DNA of 64,000 nucleotides from Alphaproteobacteria bacterium (GTDB taxonomy: Bacteria > Pseudomonadota > Alphaproteobacteria > MPNO01): the NCBI GenBank assembly GCA_965248835.1, contig CBDFLJ010000001.1:1056001-1120000 (forward strand). The letters run 5' to 3'. Within the stretch, counting starts at the first letter, position 1; each line of letters begins with the position of its first letter. Below the pieces are notes generated by a model. That model made no database searches and was not told where the DNA came from. It saw only the letters and a list, made by a program, of their open reading frames with translations. This document shows, piece by piece, positions 55,512 through 64,000 of the stretch. Position numbers and translations under genes: made by a program.

Positions 55512-56452
55512 ATCTATCGATCCAGATCGGCGACGTGCTGCTGTCCAACCCGGTGATGCCGGCATCGGGCGCGTTTAGCTGGGAATATGCCGACGTGATC
55601 GACCTCAACCGGCTGGGCGGGCTGGTCGCCAAGACCATCTGCAAGGAGCCGCGCAACGGCAACCCGACCCCGCGCATGGCCGAGACCGAGGCCGGGATCA
55701 TCCAGTCGATCGGCTTGCCGGGCAAGGGGGTCCACTACTTCCTCGACCACATCGTGCCCGAATACAAGAAATTCACCCCGCCGTTCATCGCCAGCGTCTC
55801 GGCCGAGACGGCCGAGGAGTTTGCCGAGATGTGCCGCATCCTGTCGGTGCCGGAGATCGACGTGCTGGAGGTCAACATCTCCTGTCCGACGCGCAGTGCC
55901 ACCGGCGGCAACTTCGCGCTCCACAACGAGCATACCAAGCGGGTGATGAGCGACATAAGGGCTGCCACCGACCATCCGGTGTGGGCAAAGCTGTCGCCGA
56001 ACGCCGGCGACATCGTCTCGATCGCGGTCGCGGCCGAGGAGGCCGGCGCCGATGCGCTGGTCATCGCCAACACCTTCCTGTCTCTCAAGATCCGCACCGA
56101 CAACTTCCGCCCGGCGCTCGGCAACAAGTTCGGCGGTCTGGTCTCGCCCGCTCTCAAGCCGATCGTGCTGCGGATGGTCTACCAGGTGGCCAAGGAGGTC
56201 TCGGTTCCGGTGATCGGCATCGGCGGGGTGACCAAGGCGGAGGACGTGGTCGAATATATGCTGGCGGGCGCCTGCGGGGTCGGCATCGGCTATGCCGGCT
56301 TCCGCAACCCGACGGCGCTGACCGCGATCATCGACGACCTGGAAGCCTGGTGCGACGACCGCGGTATCGAAAGGGTCAGCGAACTGATCGGCGCGGTGCG
56401 CGACGACGACATGGAGACCGACACGCTGGCCGCCGCCGCGGTCGGCGTCTGA
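55505..56452 (+). CDS. pyrD: Class 1B dihydroorotate dehydrogenase-like catalytic subunit
   Basis: NPVMPASG, KT, GNPTPR, NISCP, KLSPN, NT, IGIGGV. Confidence 0.8.
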   Translation: MVDLSIQIGDVLLSNPVMPASGAFSWEYADVIDLNRLGGLVAKTICKEPRNGNPTPRMAETEAGIIQSIGLPGKGVHYFLDHIVPEYKKFTPPFIASVSAETAEEFAEMCRILSVPEIDVLEVNISCPTRSATGGNFALHNEHTKRVMSDIRAATDHPVWAKLSPNAGDIVSIAVAAEEAGADALVIANTFLSLKIRTDNFRPALGNKFGGLVSPALKPIVLRMVYQVAKEVSVPVIGIGGVTKAEDVVEYMLAGACGVGIGYAGFRNPTALTAIIDDLEAWCDDRGIERVSELIGAVRDDDMETDTLAAAAVGV

Positions 56453-56467
56453 GGCGAACGCGCGATC

Positions 56468-56644
56468 TCAGTTCGTCGATTGGGTGTCCTGTTCGGCCGC
56501 CTCGTAGGCGCGCAAGCGCTCTTCCCTGTCGGATTCAGCCAACGCGAGCACGCGTGCCAGCACCTGTTCGTCGGTCTCGCCCGCCGTCTCGCGCAGCGAG
56601 CGGATCCGTTGCAGGACACCATCGGAGACCATGATCGACGGCAT
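56468..56644 (-). CDS. Small hypothetical protein, possibly ribbon-helix-helix
   Basis: MPSIMVSDGVLQRIRSLRETAGETDEQVLARVL...; RBS GGAGGG. Confidence 0.5.
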   Translation of the reverse strand: MPSIMVSDGVLQRIRSLRETAGETDEQVLARVLALAESDREERLRAYEAAEQDTQSTN

Positions 56645-56659
56645 TGAGCCCTCCCCGAT

Positions 56660-56677
56660 CCGGCTTGTTCGGAACAT
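56660..56677 (-). promoter_or_regulatory. Putative operator ATGTTCCGAACAAGCCGG (copy 2)
   Basis: Matches 52358-52375 at 17/18; in a divergent intergenic region. Confidence 0.45.
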
Positions 56678-56728
56678 CCACTATGATGACGCGGACTCCG
56701 GATCGTCAACCGGCCGGCCGATGACAGC

Positions 56729-57972
56729 ATGAACGAGACCAAGCCGCAGGCCTTCGCCGCGCTGCGCCATCCCGGCGGGCGCGCCTATCTCGGCGGCGCG
56801 ATGCTGGCGATGATGGCCGACAACATCGAGCACGTGATCAGCTACTGGATGATCTTCCAGAAGTTCGAATCACCCGCGCTGGCCGGGTTCGCGGTGTTCT
56901 CCCATTGGGTCCCGTTCCTGCTGTTCTCGGTCTATGCCGGCGGCTTGCCGACCGGTTCGACCCGCGGCGGATCATCCAGGTCGGCATGGTGCTGTTCATG
57001 CTGGTCTCGTTCGGCTGGGGCGTCCTGTTCCTGACCGATTCGATGCAGATGTGGCACGCCGCCGTCCTTCTGGTCATCCACGGCTTTGCCGGCGTCATCT
57101 GGGCCCCGGCGGCCCAGCTCCTGGTCCACGACATCGTCGGCCGCGACCAGCTCCAGAGCGCGGTGCGCATGATCGCCTCGGGCCGGACGCTGGGCGTCCT
57201 GCTGGGTCCCGCGGTCGGCGGCGCGCTGATGCTGTCGTTGGGGCCGGCCTACGGCATTCTCTTGAACATCTTCATCTTCCTGCCGCTGACGCTGTGGCTT
57301 TGGAAGGCACCCTACGGCCCGGCTTTTCGCGGCACCCCGCGCGCGGCGCGGCAGGCGATCTCCGGTCTTGCCGATATGCTGGCGACCCTGCGCACCATCG
57401 CCTCCGACAAGACCATCCTTTCGATGCTCGTGCTGGCCGGATGCGCATCCTTCCTGGTCGGCAACGCCCACCAGGCGCAGATGCCGCAATTCGCCCGCGA
57501 CCTGGGACATGGCGGCGGCGGGCTGCACTATAGCGCGCTGCTCGCCGCCAACGCGGCGGGCGCTCTGATCGCCGGCATCGCGCTGGAAAGCCGCGGACTG
57601 CTTGCTGCGCGCCCCCGGACCGCCTTCTTCCTGGTGTTCGTCTGGTGCGCGATCATCGCGGGGTTTGCGGCCGCGACCAGCTACCCGTTGGCGCTGGGGC
57701 TGCTGGTCGTCGCGGGCTTCCTCGATCTGTCCTACAACGCGATGGCGATGACCCTGGTCCAGCTCAACGCCCCGCCGGAGATCCGCGGCCGGGTGGTCGG
57801 GCTCTACAACATGTCCTCGCTGGGCCTGCGCTCGTTCAGCGGCATTACCGTCGGGCTCGGCGGCAGCCTGATCGGCATCCACTGGTCGCTGGGCCTGAGC
57901 GCCGGCGCGCTGCTGGCGGCGACGATCGTCCTGCTGCCGCTGATGCTGGGCGGCGGCGCGCGGCGCGGATGA
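56729..57972 (+). pseudogene. MFS transporter with a frameshift near 56940 (pseudogene or sequencing error)
   Basis: N-terminal frame ends FSVYAGG; motif A (LADRFDPRR) continues in another frame. Confidence 0.85.
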
Positions 57973-58668
57973 CTATTCCGCCGCCGCCAGGCCGGCCTGT
58001 TCCATCATGGCGATGGCCTGCTCGGTGGTGCGCACATCGCCCGAGACCTGGATGAAGTTGCCGAGCGTGGCCTCGTGCAGCGCCGGCACGGCCGCCGCGC
58101 ATCCGTCGGAGATCATGATGGTCTTGAAGTCCATCATCATCGCGTCGCGCGCGGTGCATTCGCAGCACGTGTTGGTCACCGTGCCGGTCACCAGGACCGT
58201 GTCGATGCCGGCCGCACGCAGCCGTTCGGCGATGTCGGAGCTGTTCGGCAGGAAGGCGCTGAACCGGGTCTTGTCGATAATCATGTCGCCGTCGACGACC
58301 GCGAGCTCCGGCCACAGCGCGTGACCGTCCGAGCCCGGGACGAAGCCCGCCTTGAGCTGCCGGGCGAGCTCGGGGCGGATCATGTCGTCGTAGAAAATGC
58401 GCCAGGGGCTGGCCGGATCGTAGGTCATCCGCACCCAGGCGACCGTCCCGCCGCGGGCGCGCAGGGCCTCCGCCAGCCGGTTGACGTCGGGGACGATCGC
58501 CCGGGCATCGGCGACGGCGTAGTCCGACCAATCGGCCATGAAGATGTTCTGCAAGTCGATCACCACCAGCGCTGTCTTCGCCGGCTCGATGTGCTCGAAA
58601 GGGTGCAGCCGGCCGCGGATCTTGACGATCCTCTCGGCCAGGCCCGGTGCAAGGTCGCTCTGCTTCAT
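57973..58668 (-). CDS. Isochorismatase-family cysteine hydrolase (RutB-like)
   Basis: ALVVIDLQN, KTRFSAF, GTVTNTCCECTARDA. Confidence 0.92.
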   Translation of the reverse strand: MKQSDLAPGLAERIVKIRGRLHPFEHIEPAKTALVVIDLQNIFMADWSDYAVADARAIVPDVNRLAEALRARGGTVAWVRMTYDPASPWRIFYDDMIRPELARQLKAGFVPGSDGHALWPELAVVDGDMIIDKTRFSAFLPNSSDIAERLRAAGIDTVLVTGTVTNTCCECTARDAMMMDFKTIMISDGCAAAVPALHEATLGNFIQVSGDVRTTEQAIAMMEQAGLAAAE

Positions 58669-58681
58669 TTTCCGGTCCTTC

Positions 58682-59449
58682 CTATCGGCCCATCAGATGG
58701 GTCTTGAACATGGCCATGATCGCGGCCCAGTCCTTTGCGGTCGCCTGGGCGTCGTGGATGTCCCGGTCGGGCAGGGCATAGCCGTGATCGACCCCGGTAT
58801 GGACCGCATGGGTATAGTCGACCTCCAGCGGCGCGCAAAACGCCCCGATCGCCTCGATCACCTCGGGCGGCGAGAAGCGGTCGAGCGCGCCGAACCCGCA
58901 ATAGAGCCCGCCCCCCATGCGCGCGGCCAGCAGGTGCGGCGAGCCCGGGCCGTCGGTGACCAGCGCCGTTCCGTGCAGACTCGCCACAGCCCGAAAGTTC
59001 TCCGGGTAGTGCCCGGCGGCATGGAAGACATGCCGGCCGCCCATGCAATAGCCCACGCCGCCCATCGCCGAGACATCGACCGGTTCGGTGAGCGCCAGAT
59101 GGCCGATGATGGCATCGAGGTCGGCAACGACCAGCTCGTCGCTCAGCCGCTCGCCGGTCGCGATGATCTCGCGCTGGGTCGGCTCGGGGAGTCGATGGAG
59201 CGAGATCATCCGCCCGTCATCGTCGTGATAGGCGAACCGGACCTTGCCCATGCGGTAGTAGAAGTCGGGCACCAGGGCGAAATATCCCGCCGCGGCAATG
59301 TCCCGCGCGATGCCGTAGAGCTCCGCGCGCACGCCCCAGATGTCCTGGAACACGACCACGACCGGATGGGGGGCCAAGTCCGGCGGCTCAACGGCGAAGG
59401 CTTCCATCGTACCCGCGCCGGTGGTGATCTCGATGGTCCTTTCGCGCAC
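58682..59449 (-). CDS. Dienelactone hydrolase family protein
   Basis: QDIWGVR, PDFYYR, GYCMGG, HGYA. Confidence 0.92.
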   Translation of the reverse strand: MRERTIEITTGAGTMEAFAVEPPDLAPHPVVVVFQDIWGVRAELYGIARDIAAAGYFALVPDFYYRMGKVRFAYHDDDGRMISLHRLPEPTQREIIATGERLSDELVVADLDAIIGHLALTEPVDVSAMGGVGYCMGGRHVFHAAGHYPENFRAVASLHGTALVTDGPGSPHLLAARMGGGLYCGFGALDRFSPPEVIEAIGAFCAPLEVDYTHAVHTGVDHGYALPDRDIHDAQATAKDWAAIMAMFKTHLMGR

Positions 59450-59614
59450 CGCGCACCTCCGGAACGACAGCTTCGGCCAAGCCGGGCGCGCGCGCAAGCC
59501 GGGCGTTGTTTCACCCCGCCAGGGTGGTGCGCTATAACCGGGCCGGGAGCGGGGACGGACACGGATGGGCGAGACCGCAACACACGCGTGGCTTGCGCGC
59601 AAGCAAAACCGCCG

Positions 59615-60472
59615 ATGAAGCCCGCGCCGTTCGAATATCACGCGCCGGCCACCGTCGATGATGCGGTGGCCATCCTGGGCGAGGTCGCGCCCGAGGACGG
59701 CAGGGTGCTGGCCGGCGGCCAGAGCCTCGCGCCGACGATGGCATTCCGCCTGGCCCGGCCGGCGCACCTGGTCGATATCAACCGGATCGCCGGGCTCGAC
59801 GCGATAACGCTCGAGGACGGATTGCTGTCGATCGGCGCGACCGCCCGGCACGCGGCCTTTCACCGGCCGGTCGTCGATGGTCCGCTGGGCGCGCTCCTGA
59901 GCGGCGTGGTCCGCCACATCGCCCATTATCCGATCCGTATCCGCGGGACGTTCTGCGGCAGCATCGCCCATGCCGACCCGGCCTCGGAATGGTGCCTGGT
60001 AGCCGCCACGCTGGATGCGGAGATGACGGCGCGCAGCACGCGCGGCGTGCGCACGATCGCGGCCGACGACTTCTTCGACTGGGTGATGCTCACCGCGCTT
60101 GCCGAGGACGAGATCCTGGTCGCGACCCGGCTGCCGCTGCTTGCCGAGGACGTGCGCTGGGGGTTCTGCGAATTCTCCCGTCGCGCCGGCGATTTTGCGA
60201 TCGCGATGGCGCTGGCGGTATACCGCGACGTGGACGGTGTGATCGTCGAGCCGCGGATCGGCGTCGGCGGCGCCGAAGGCCGGCCGCGGCGCATCGCCGA
60301 GGCGGAAGCCGTGCTGGCCGGCAAGCCGGCCGAGACGGCGCTGTTCGGCGAGGCGGCACAGGCCGCGGCGGCCGCGCTCGATCCGATGGAGGACCACCAG
60401 GCGAGCGCGCTCTACCGCCGCGAGCTGGCTGCCGCCATGGTCGACCGGGCGCTTGAAAGTGCGGCATCGTGA
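59615..60472 (+). CDS. Xanthine dehydrogenase-family FAD subunit (CoxM/CutM-like)
   Basis: MKPAPFEY, LAGGQSL, RGTFCGSIAHADPASE, RRAGDFA. Confidence 0.93.
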   Translation: MKPAPFEYHAPATVDDAVAILGEVAPEDGRVLAGGQSLAPTMAFRLARPAHLVDINRIAGLDAITLEDGLLSIGATARHAAFHRPVVDGPLGALLSGVVRHIAHYPIRIRGTFCGSIAHADPASEWCLVAATLDAEMTARSTRGVRTIAADDFFDWVMLTALAEDEILVATRLPLLAEDVRWGFCEFSRRAGDFAIAMALAVYRDVDGVIVEPRIGVGGAEGRPRRIAEAEAVLAGKPAETALFGEAAQAAAAALDPMEDHQASALYRRELAAAMVDRALESAAS

Positions 60473-60954
60473 GCGGCAAACTCGCAATCACGCTCACCGT
60501 CAACGGGCGCGCCTACGAGATCGAGGTCGAGCCGCGCCGGACACTCGCCGATACCATCCGCGAGCGCTGCGGGCTGACAGGCACCCATCTCGGCTGCGAG
60601 CACGGGGTGTGCGGAGCGTGCACGATCCTGTTCGACGGGGCGCCGATCAGGAGCTGCCTGATGTTCGCCGTCCAGGCCGACGGCGCGGAGCTGCGCACGG
60701 TCGAGGGGCTTGCCGACGGCGAGGTTCTGCACCCCCTGCAGCGCGCCTTCATCAAGAATCACGGCCTGCAGTGCGGCTTCTGCACCCCGGGCTTCCTGAT
60801 GCTCGCCGCCGGCATCCTGGAGCGCGAGCCCGGCATCGGCGAGGAAGCGCTGCGCGAGGCGCTGTCGGCGAACCTGTGCCGCTGCACCGGCTACGTCAAC
60901 ATCCTCAAGGCCGTCCAGGAAGCAGCCGTCGAGATGGCGGGCGCCCGCGAATGA
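60469..60954 (+). CDS. Xanthine dehydrogenase-family 2Fe-2S subunit (CoxS-like)
   Basis: GCEHGVCGACT...SC, QCGFCTPG, NLCRCTGY. Confidence 0.95.
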   Translation: MSGKLAITLTVNGRAYEIEVEPRRTLADTIRERCGLTGTHLGCEHGVCGACTILFDGAPIRSCLMFAVQADGAELRTVEGLADGEVLHPLQRAFIKNHGLQCGFCTPGFLMLAAGILEREPGIGEEALREALSANLCRCTGYVNILKAVQEAAVEMAGARE

Positions 60955-63263
60955 CCGACAGCCGGGCCGAGACCTTCATCGGCAGGCGTGTGACCCGCCT
61001 GGAGGACGGACCGCTGGTCACCGGCCAGGGCCTGTTCGCCGCCGACATCGCCTTCGATCACCAGCTCCACATGCGCATCGTGCGCGCCGATCGCGCGCAT
61101 GGCCGGATCGTCTCGATCGACACAAGTGCGGCCTTGGCCGCGCCAGGCGTGAGCGCGGTATGGACGGCGGCCGAGGTTGCGGACATCGGTCCGATCGCGT
61201 TCCGCCCAACCCGGGTCACCGGACTCGAGCCCTACCGCCAGCCGATCCTCGCATCGGGAAGAGTGCGCTATGTCGGCGAGCCGGTCGCGGCGGTCTTCGC
61301 CGATGATCCCTATCGCGGCGAAGACGCGGCCGAGCTGGTCGTCGCCGAAATCGACGATCTGCCACCGATCCTCGCCGCCGATGCGGCCCCCGGGCCGTTC
61401 GATGAGGGGCGCGATACCGAGGCGCATGTGCTGCGCAAGAGCCGCGGCGAGATCGGACCGGCCTTCGCCGCCGCCCATGCGGTGGTCGAGCTCGACCTCG
61501 AGATCGGCCGGCATTCCGCCGTGCCGATGGAGACAAGAGGCGCGCTCGCCCGCTTTGACGCCGCGCGCGACGTCCTGGAGCTGCACGGCGCGGCCAAGCG
61601 GCCGCATTTCAACCGCGACCAGCTCGCCCGCGCGCTCGGCCGCAGCCCGTCGTCGGTGCAGCTTTACGAGAGCCATATCGGCGGCGGGTTCGGCGTGCGC
61701 GGCGAGCTCTATCCCGAGGACTACCTGGTCTGCCTCGCGGCTCTGCGGCTCGGCCGGCCGGTCAAGTGGATCGAGGACCGCTGGGAGAACCTCCAGGCCG
61801 CCAACCAGTCGCGCGGCCAGCGCCACCGGATCCGCGCGGCCGTCGATGCGGACGGACGGCTGCGCGGTATCGAGGACAGGTTCTGGCACGACCAGGGCGC
61901 CTATATCCGCACCCATGGCGTCCGGGTGCCGGATATGACCGCCGGCATGCTGACCGGCCCGTACCGCGTGCCGGCCTATGCGGTGACCGGCCACGTGCGG
62001 CTGACCAACAAGACGCCGTGCGCGACCTACCGTGCGCCCGGCCGCTACGAGGGCACCTTCGTGCGCGAGCGGCTGATGGACGCGATCGCGGACCGGCTGG
62101 GCCTGGATCCGGTCGCGCTGCGCCGCCGCAACCTTCTGGATTCCGCCGACATGCCCTACGGGCTCGGCATCGACACCATCGACCACGAGGTGATTTACGA
62201 TTCGGGCGACTACGCCCTGTTGCTCGACAAGGCGCTCGAGCGCGCCGGCTGGGAAGCGCTCCAGGAGAGCCTTGCCGAACGCCGCGCGGCCGGCGAACTG
62301 GTCGGCGCCGGATTGGGGTTGTTCGTGGAAAAGAGCGCGCCGGGGCCGGCCGACGGCGTGCGCCTGCGGGTGGATGCGACCGGCGCCGTGGAGCTGGTGA
62401 CCGGGGGCGCCGCGCTCGGCCAGGGCTTCGCAACGGCGATGGCCCAGATCTGCGGACACACGCTGGGCGTCGACTACCGACGCGTACGGGTGGTCCACGG
62501 CCGCACCGACCGGATCGATTACGGCGGCGGCGCCCACTCCTCGCGCGCCACCGTGATGATCGGGGAGGCCACCAGGATCGGCGCGGCCAAACTGAGGGCG
62601 CGGGCGATCGAGGTCGCGGCGGCGCTGATGCAGGCCCCAGCCGAGAGCCTCGACGTGGTCGATGGCGAGGTCGTGCGGGCCGACGGCGGCGCCTCGATGC
62701 CGCTGGCCGAGATCGCCCGCACGTTGGTGCCGTCGTCCGGGCTCGTCGGCGATACCGGCCCCGGGCTCCACGCCGAGGGCTGGTTCCGCACCGACCTGAT
62801 GGTCTATCCCTACGGTGTCCACATCGCCGTCGTGCGGGTCGACCCGGCGACCGGCGCGGTCGCAATCGAGCGCTTCGTGATCGCCTACGACGTCGGCCGG
62901 GCGGTGAACCCGATGATGGTCGAGGGCCAGCTCCACGGCGGCTGCGTGCAGGGGATCGGCGGCGCGCTCTACGAGGAGTTCGCCTATGATGACGCCGGCG
63001 CGCCGCTGTCGGTGACGTTCGCGGACTATCTGCTGCCGGGGCTTTCGGAGACGCCGGCAATCGAGACCCTGCTCACCGAAGACGCGCCGAGCCCGCTCAA
63101 CGGGCTGGGGGTCAAGGGCGCGGGCGAGGGCGGGATCAACGCCGTCGGTGCCGCCGTCGCCGCCGCGATCGATGCCGCGATCGGCGTTCCCGGCGCGATC
63201 AGGCGGCTGCCGGTGACACCGGAGCGGCTGATGACCATACTGAAGCGGGCGGGAAAAGCGTAA
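60951..63263 (+). CDS. Xanthine dehydrogenase-family molybdopterin subunit (CoxL-like, not form I CODH)
   Basis: GGGFG, TYRAPGR active-site loop, EGQLHGG, KGAGE. Confidence 0.92.
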   Translation: MTDSRAETFIGRRVTRLEDGPLVTGQGLFAADIAFDHQLHMRIVRADRAHGRIVSIDTSAALAAPGVSAVWTAAEVADIGPIAFRPTRVTGLEPYRQPILASGRVRYVGEPVAAVFADDPYRGEDAAELVVAEIDDLPPILAADAAPGPFDEGRDTEAHVLRKSRGEIGPAFAAAHAVVELDLEIGRHSAVPMETRGALARFDAARDVLELHGAAKRPHFNRDQLARALGRSPSSVQLYESHIGGGFGVRGELYPEDYLVCLAALRLGRPVKWIEDRWENLQAANQSRGQRHRIRAAVDADGRLRGIEDRFWHDQGAYIRTHGVRVPDMTAGMLTGPYRVPAYAVTGHVRLTNKTPCATYRAPGRYEGTFVRERLMDAIADRLGLDPVALRRRNLLDSADMPYGLGIDTIDHEVIYDSGDYALLLDKALERAGWEALQESLAERRAAGELVGAGLGLFVEKSAPGPADGVRLRVDATGAVELVTGGAALGQGFATAMAQICGHTLGVDYRRVRVVHGRTDRIDYGGGAHSSRATVMIGEATRIGAAKLRARAIEVAAALMQAPAESLDVVDGEVVRADGGASMPLAEIARTLVPSSGLVGDTGPGLHAEGWFRTDLMVYPYGVHIAVVRVDPATGAVAIERFVIAYDVGRAVNPMMVEGQLHGGCVQGIGGALYEEFAYDDAGAPLSVTFADYLLPGLSETPAIETLLTEDAPSPLNGLGVKGAGEGGINAVGAAVAAAIDAAIGVPGAIRRLPVTPERLMTILKRAGKA

Positions 63264-63278
63264 GGCTGGGAGAGTCCG

Positions 63279-64000
63279 ATGGCCAACAGGGACCTCAGGG
63301 ACTGGATCGCAGAGATCGACAAGGTGGGCGAGCTGCGCCATGTCTCCGGAGCCGAGCGCGAGGAGGAAATCGGCGGGATCACCGACATCTACCAGCGCAG
63401 GATGGGCAACCCGGCGGTGATGTTCGACGACATACCGGGCTTCGCCAAGGGCCATCGGGTGCTGTCCAACCTGCTGACCTCGGTGCCCCGGATCAACATC
63501 ACGCTCGGCCTGCCGGTCGATGCCCCGGAGATGGAACTGATCCGCTACTGGCGCGACTACATGAAAGACGCGCCCACCATCCCGCCGACCACCGTCAACG
63601 GCGGCGCGGTGATGGAGAATTTCTGCGAGGGCGCGGAAATCGACATCGGCAGGATCCCGACGCCCAAATGGCACGAGCACGACGGCGGCTACTTCATCGG
63701 CACCGGCTGCATGGTGATCATGAAAGACCCCGACACCGGCTGGATCAACTACGGCGCCTACCGGGTCCAAGCCCATGACCGCGACGTCGCCTCGGTGATG
63801 ACGTCCAAGGGCAAGCACGGCAACCTGATCATGCGGCGCTACCACGAGCGGGGCGAGGCCTGCCCGATCGCCGTCGTGGTCGGCATGCACCCGGCGCTGT
63901 TCACCATCGCGGGCCTGGAGATTCCCTACGGCAAGAATGAATACGATGCTGCCGGCGGCGTGCTGGGCGAATCGGTCGAGGTCATCAACGGCCCGCATAC
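63279..64000 (+). CDS. UbiD-family (prFMN) decarboxylase, 3' end outside window
   Basis: MANRDLRDWI...GEL, PAVMFDDIPG, DGGYFIGT, NYGAYRVQ, GKHG, PIAVVVG.HP; absent from the ORF track because it has no stop in the window. Confidence 0.88.
   Translation, partial: MANRDLRDWIAEIDKVGELRHVSGAEREEEIGGITDIYQRRMGNPAVMFDDIPGFAKGHRVLSNLLTSVPRINITLGLPVDAPEMELIRYWRDYMKDAPTIPPTTVNGGAVMENFCEGAEIDIGRIPTPKWHEHDGGYFIGTGCMVIMKDPDTGWINYGAYRVQAHDRDVASVMTSKGKHGNLIMRRYHERGEACPIAVVVGMHPALFTIAGLEIPYGKNEYDAAGGVLGESVEVINGPH

Noticed and set aside
59615-63263. Aerobic CO dehydrogenase (form I)
   Set aside because: Active-site loop is TYRAPGR and lacks the Cu-binding Cys of AYxCSFR.
60891-63998. 1035-aa antisense ORF opposite the Mo subunit and UbiD; similar long ORFs opposite tolB, ftsH, dctM and the protease
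   Set aside because: Shadow frames of real genes in GC-rich DNA.

Overview
High-GC (roughly 65-70%) alphaproteobacterial chromosome segment, Rhodospirillales-like by gene content and synteny. Core blocks: pnp (5'-truncated); nitronate-monooxygenase/FabX-like flavoprotein; irr-katG with an ICE box; argG, folD, yggT; thiE-fbaB; DUF4164-zapA-6S RNA-ygfA-ymdB-yebC-ruvCAB-ybgC-tolQRAB-pal-cpoB-tilS-ftsH-folP-glmM-thiD; and MarR/ilvE. Two accessory regions interrupt these. The first (about 5.6-20 kb) is decaying: a rubrerythrin stub, a tRNA 3' remnant, frameshifted vapC, IS630 and IS5 debris that appear interleaved, gene scraps, a TRAP transporter, LLM, a heme-oxygenase-like diiron protein, GFA and Rieske oxygenases. 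The second (about 46-64 kb) is catabolic: LLM, an M20 protein lacking its metal ligands, SDRs, a Rieske oxygenase, a TPR-2OG oxygenase, a non-canonical PyrK/PyrD pair, isochorismatase, dienelactone hydrolase, a xanthine-dehydrogenase-family MSL trio and UbiD (3'-truncated). Most interesting unexplained signals: (1) four TCCTA-N5/6-TTGAC units phased exactly 22 bp apart between convergent genes (10469-10555); (2) the M20 protein with apparently all five metal ligands replaced; (3) the class 1B DHOD pair with altered substrate residues inside a putative N-heterocycle catabolic cluster; (4) an 18-bp palindrome-containing site shared by two divergent promoters. Several frameshifts may be long-read consensus errors. 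No CRISPR array, rRNA or intact tRNA was seen. All calls come from motif recognition by eye; no database search was run.
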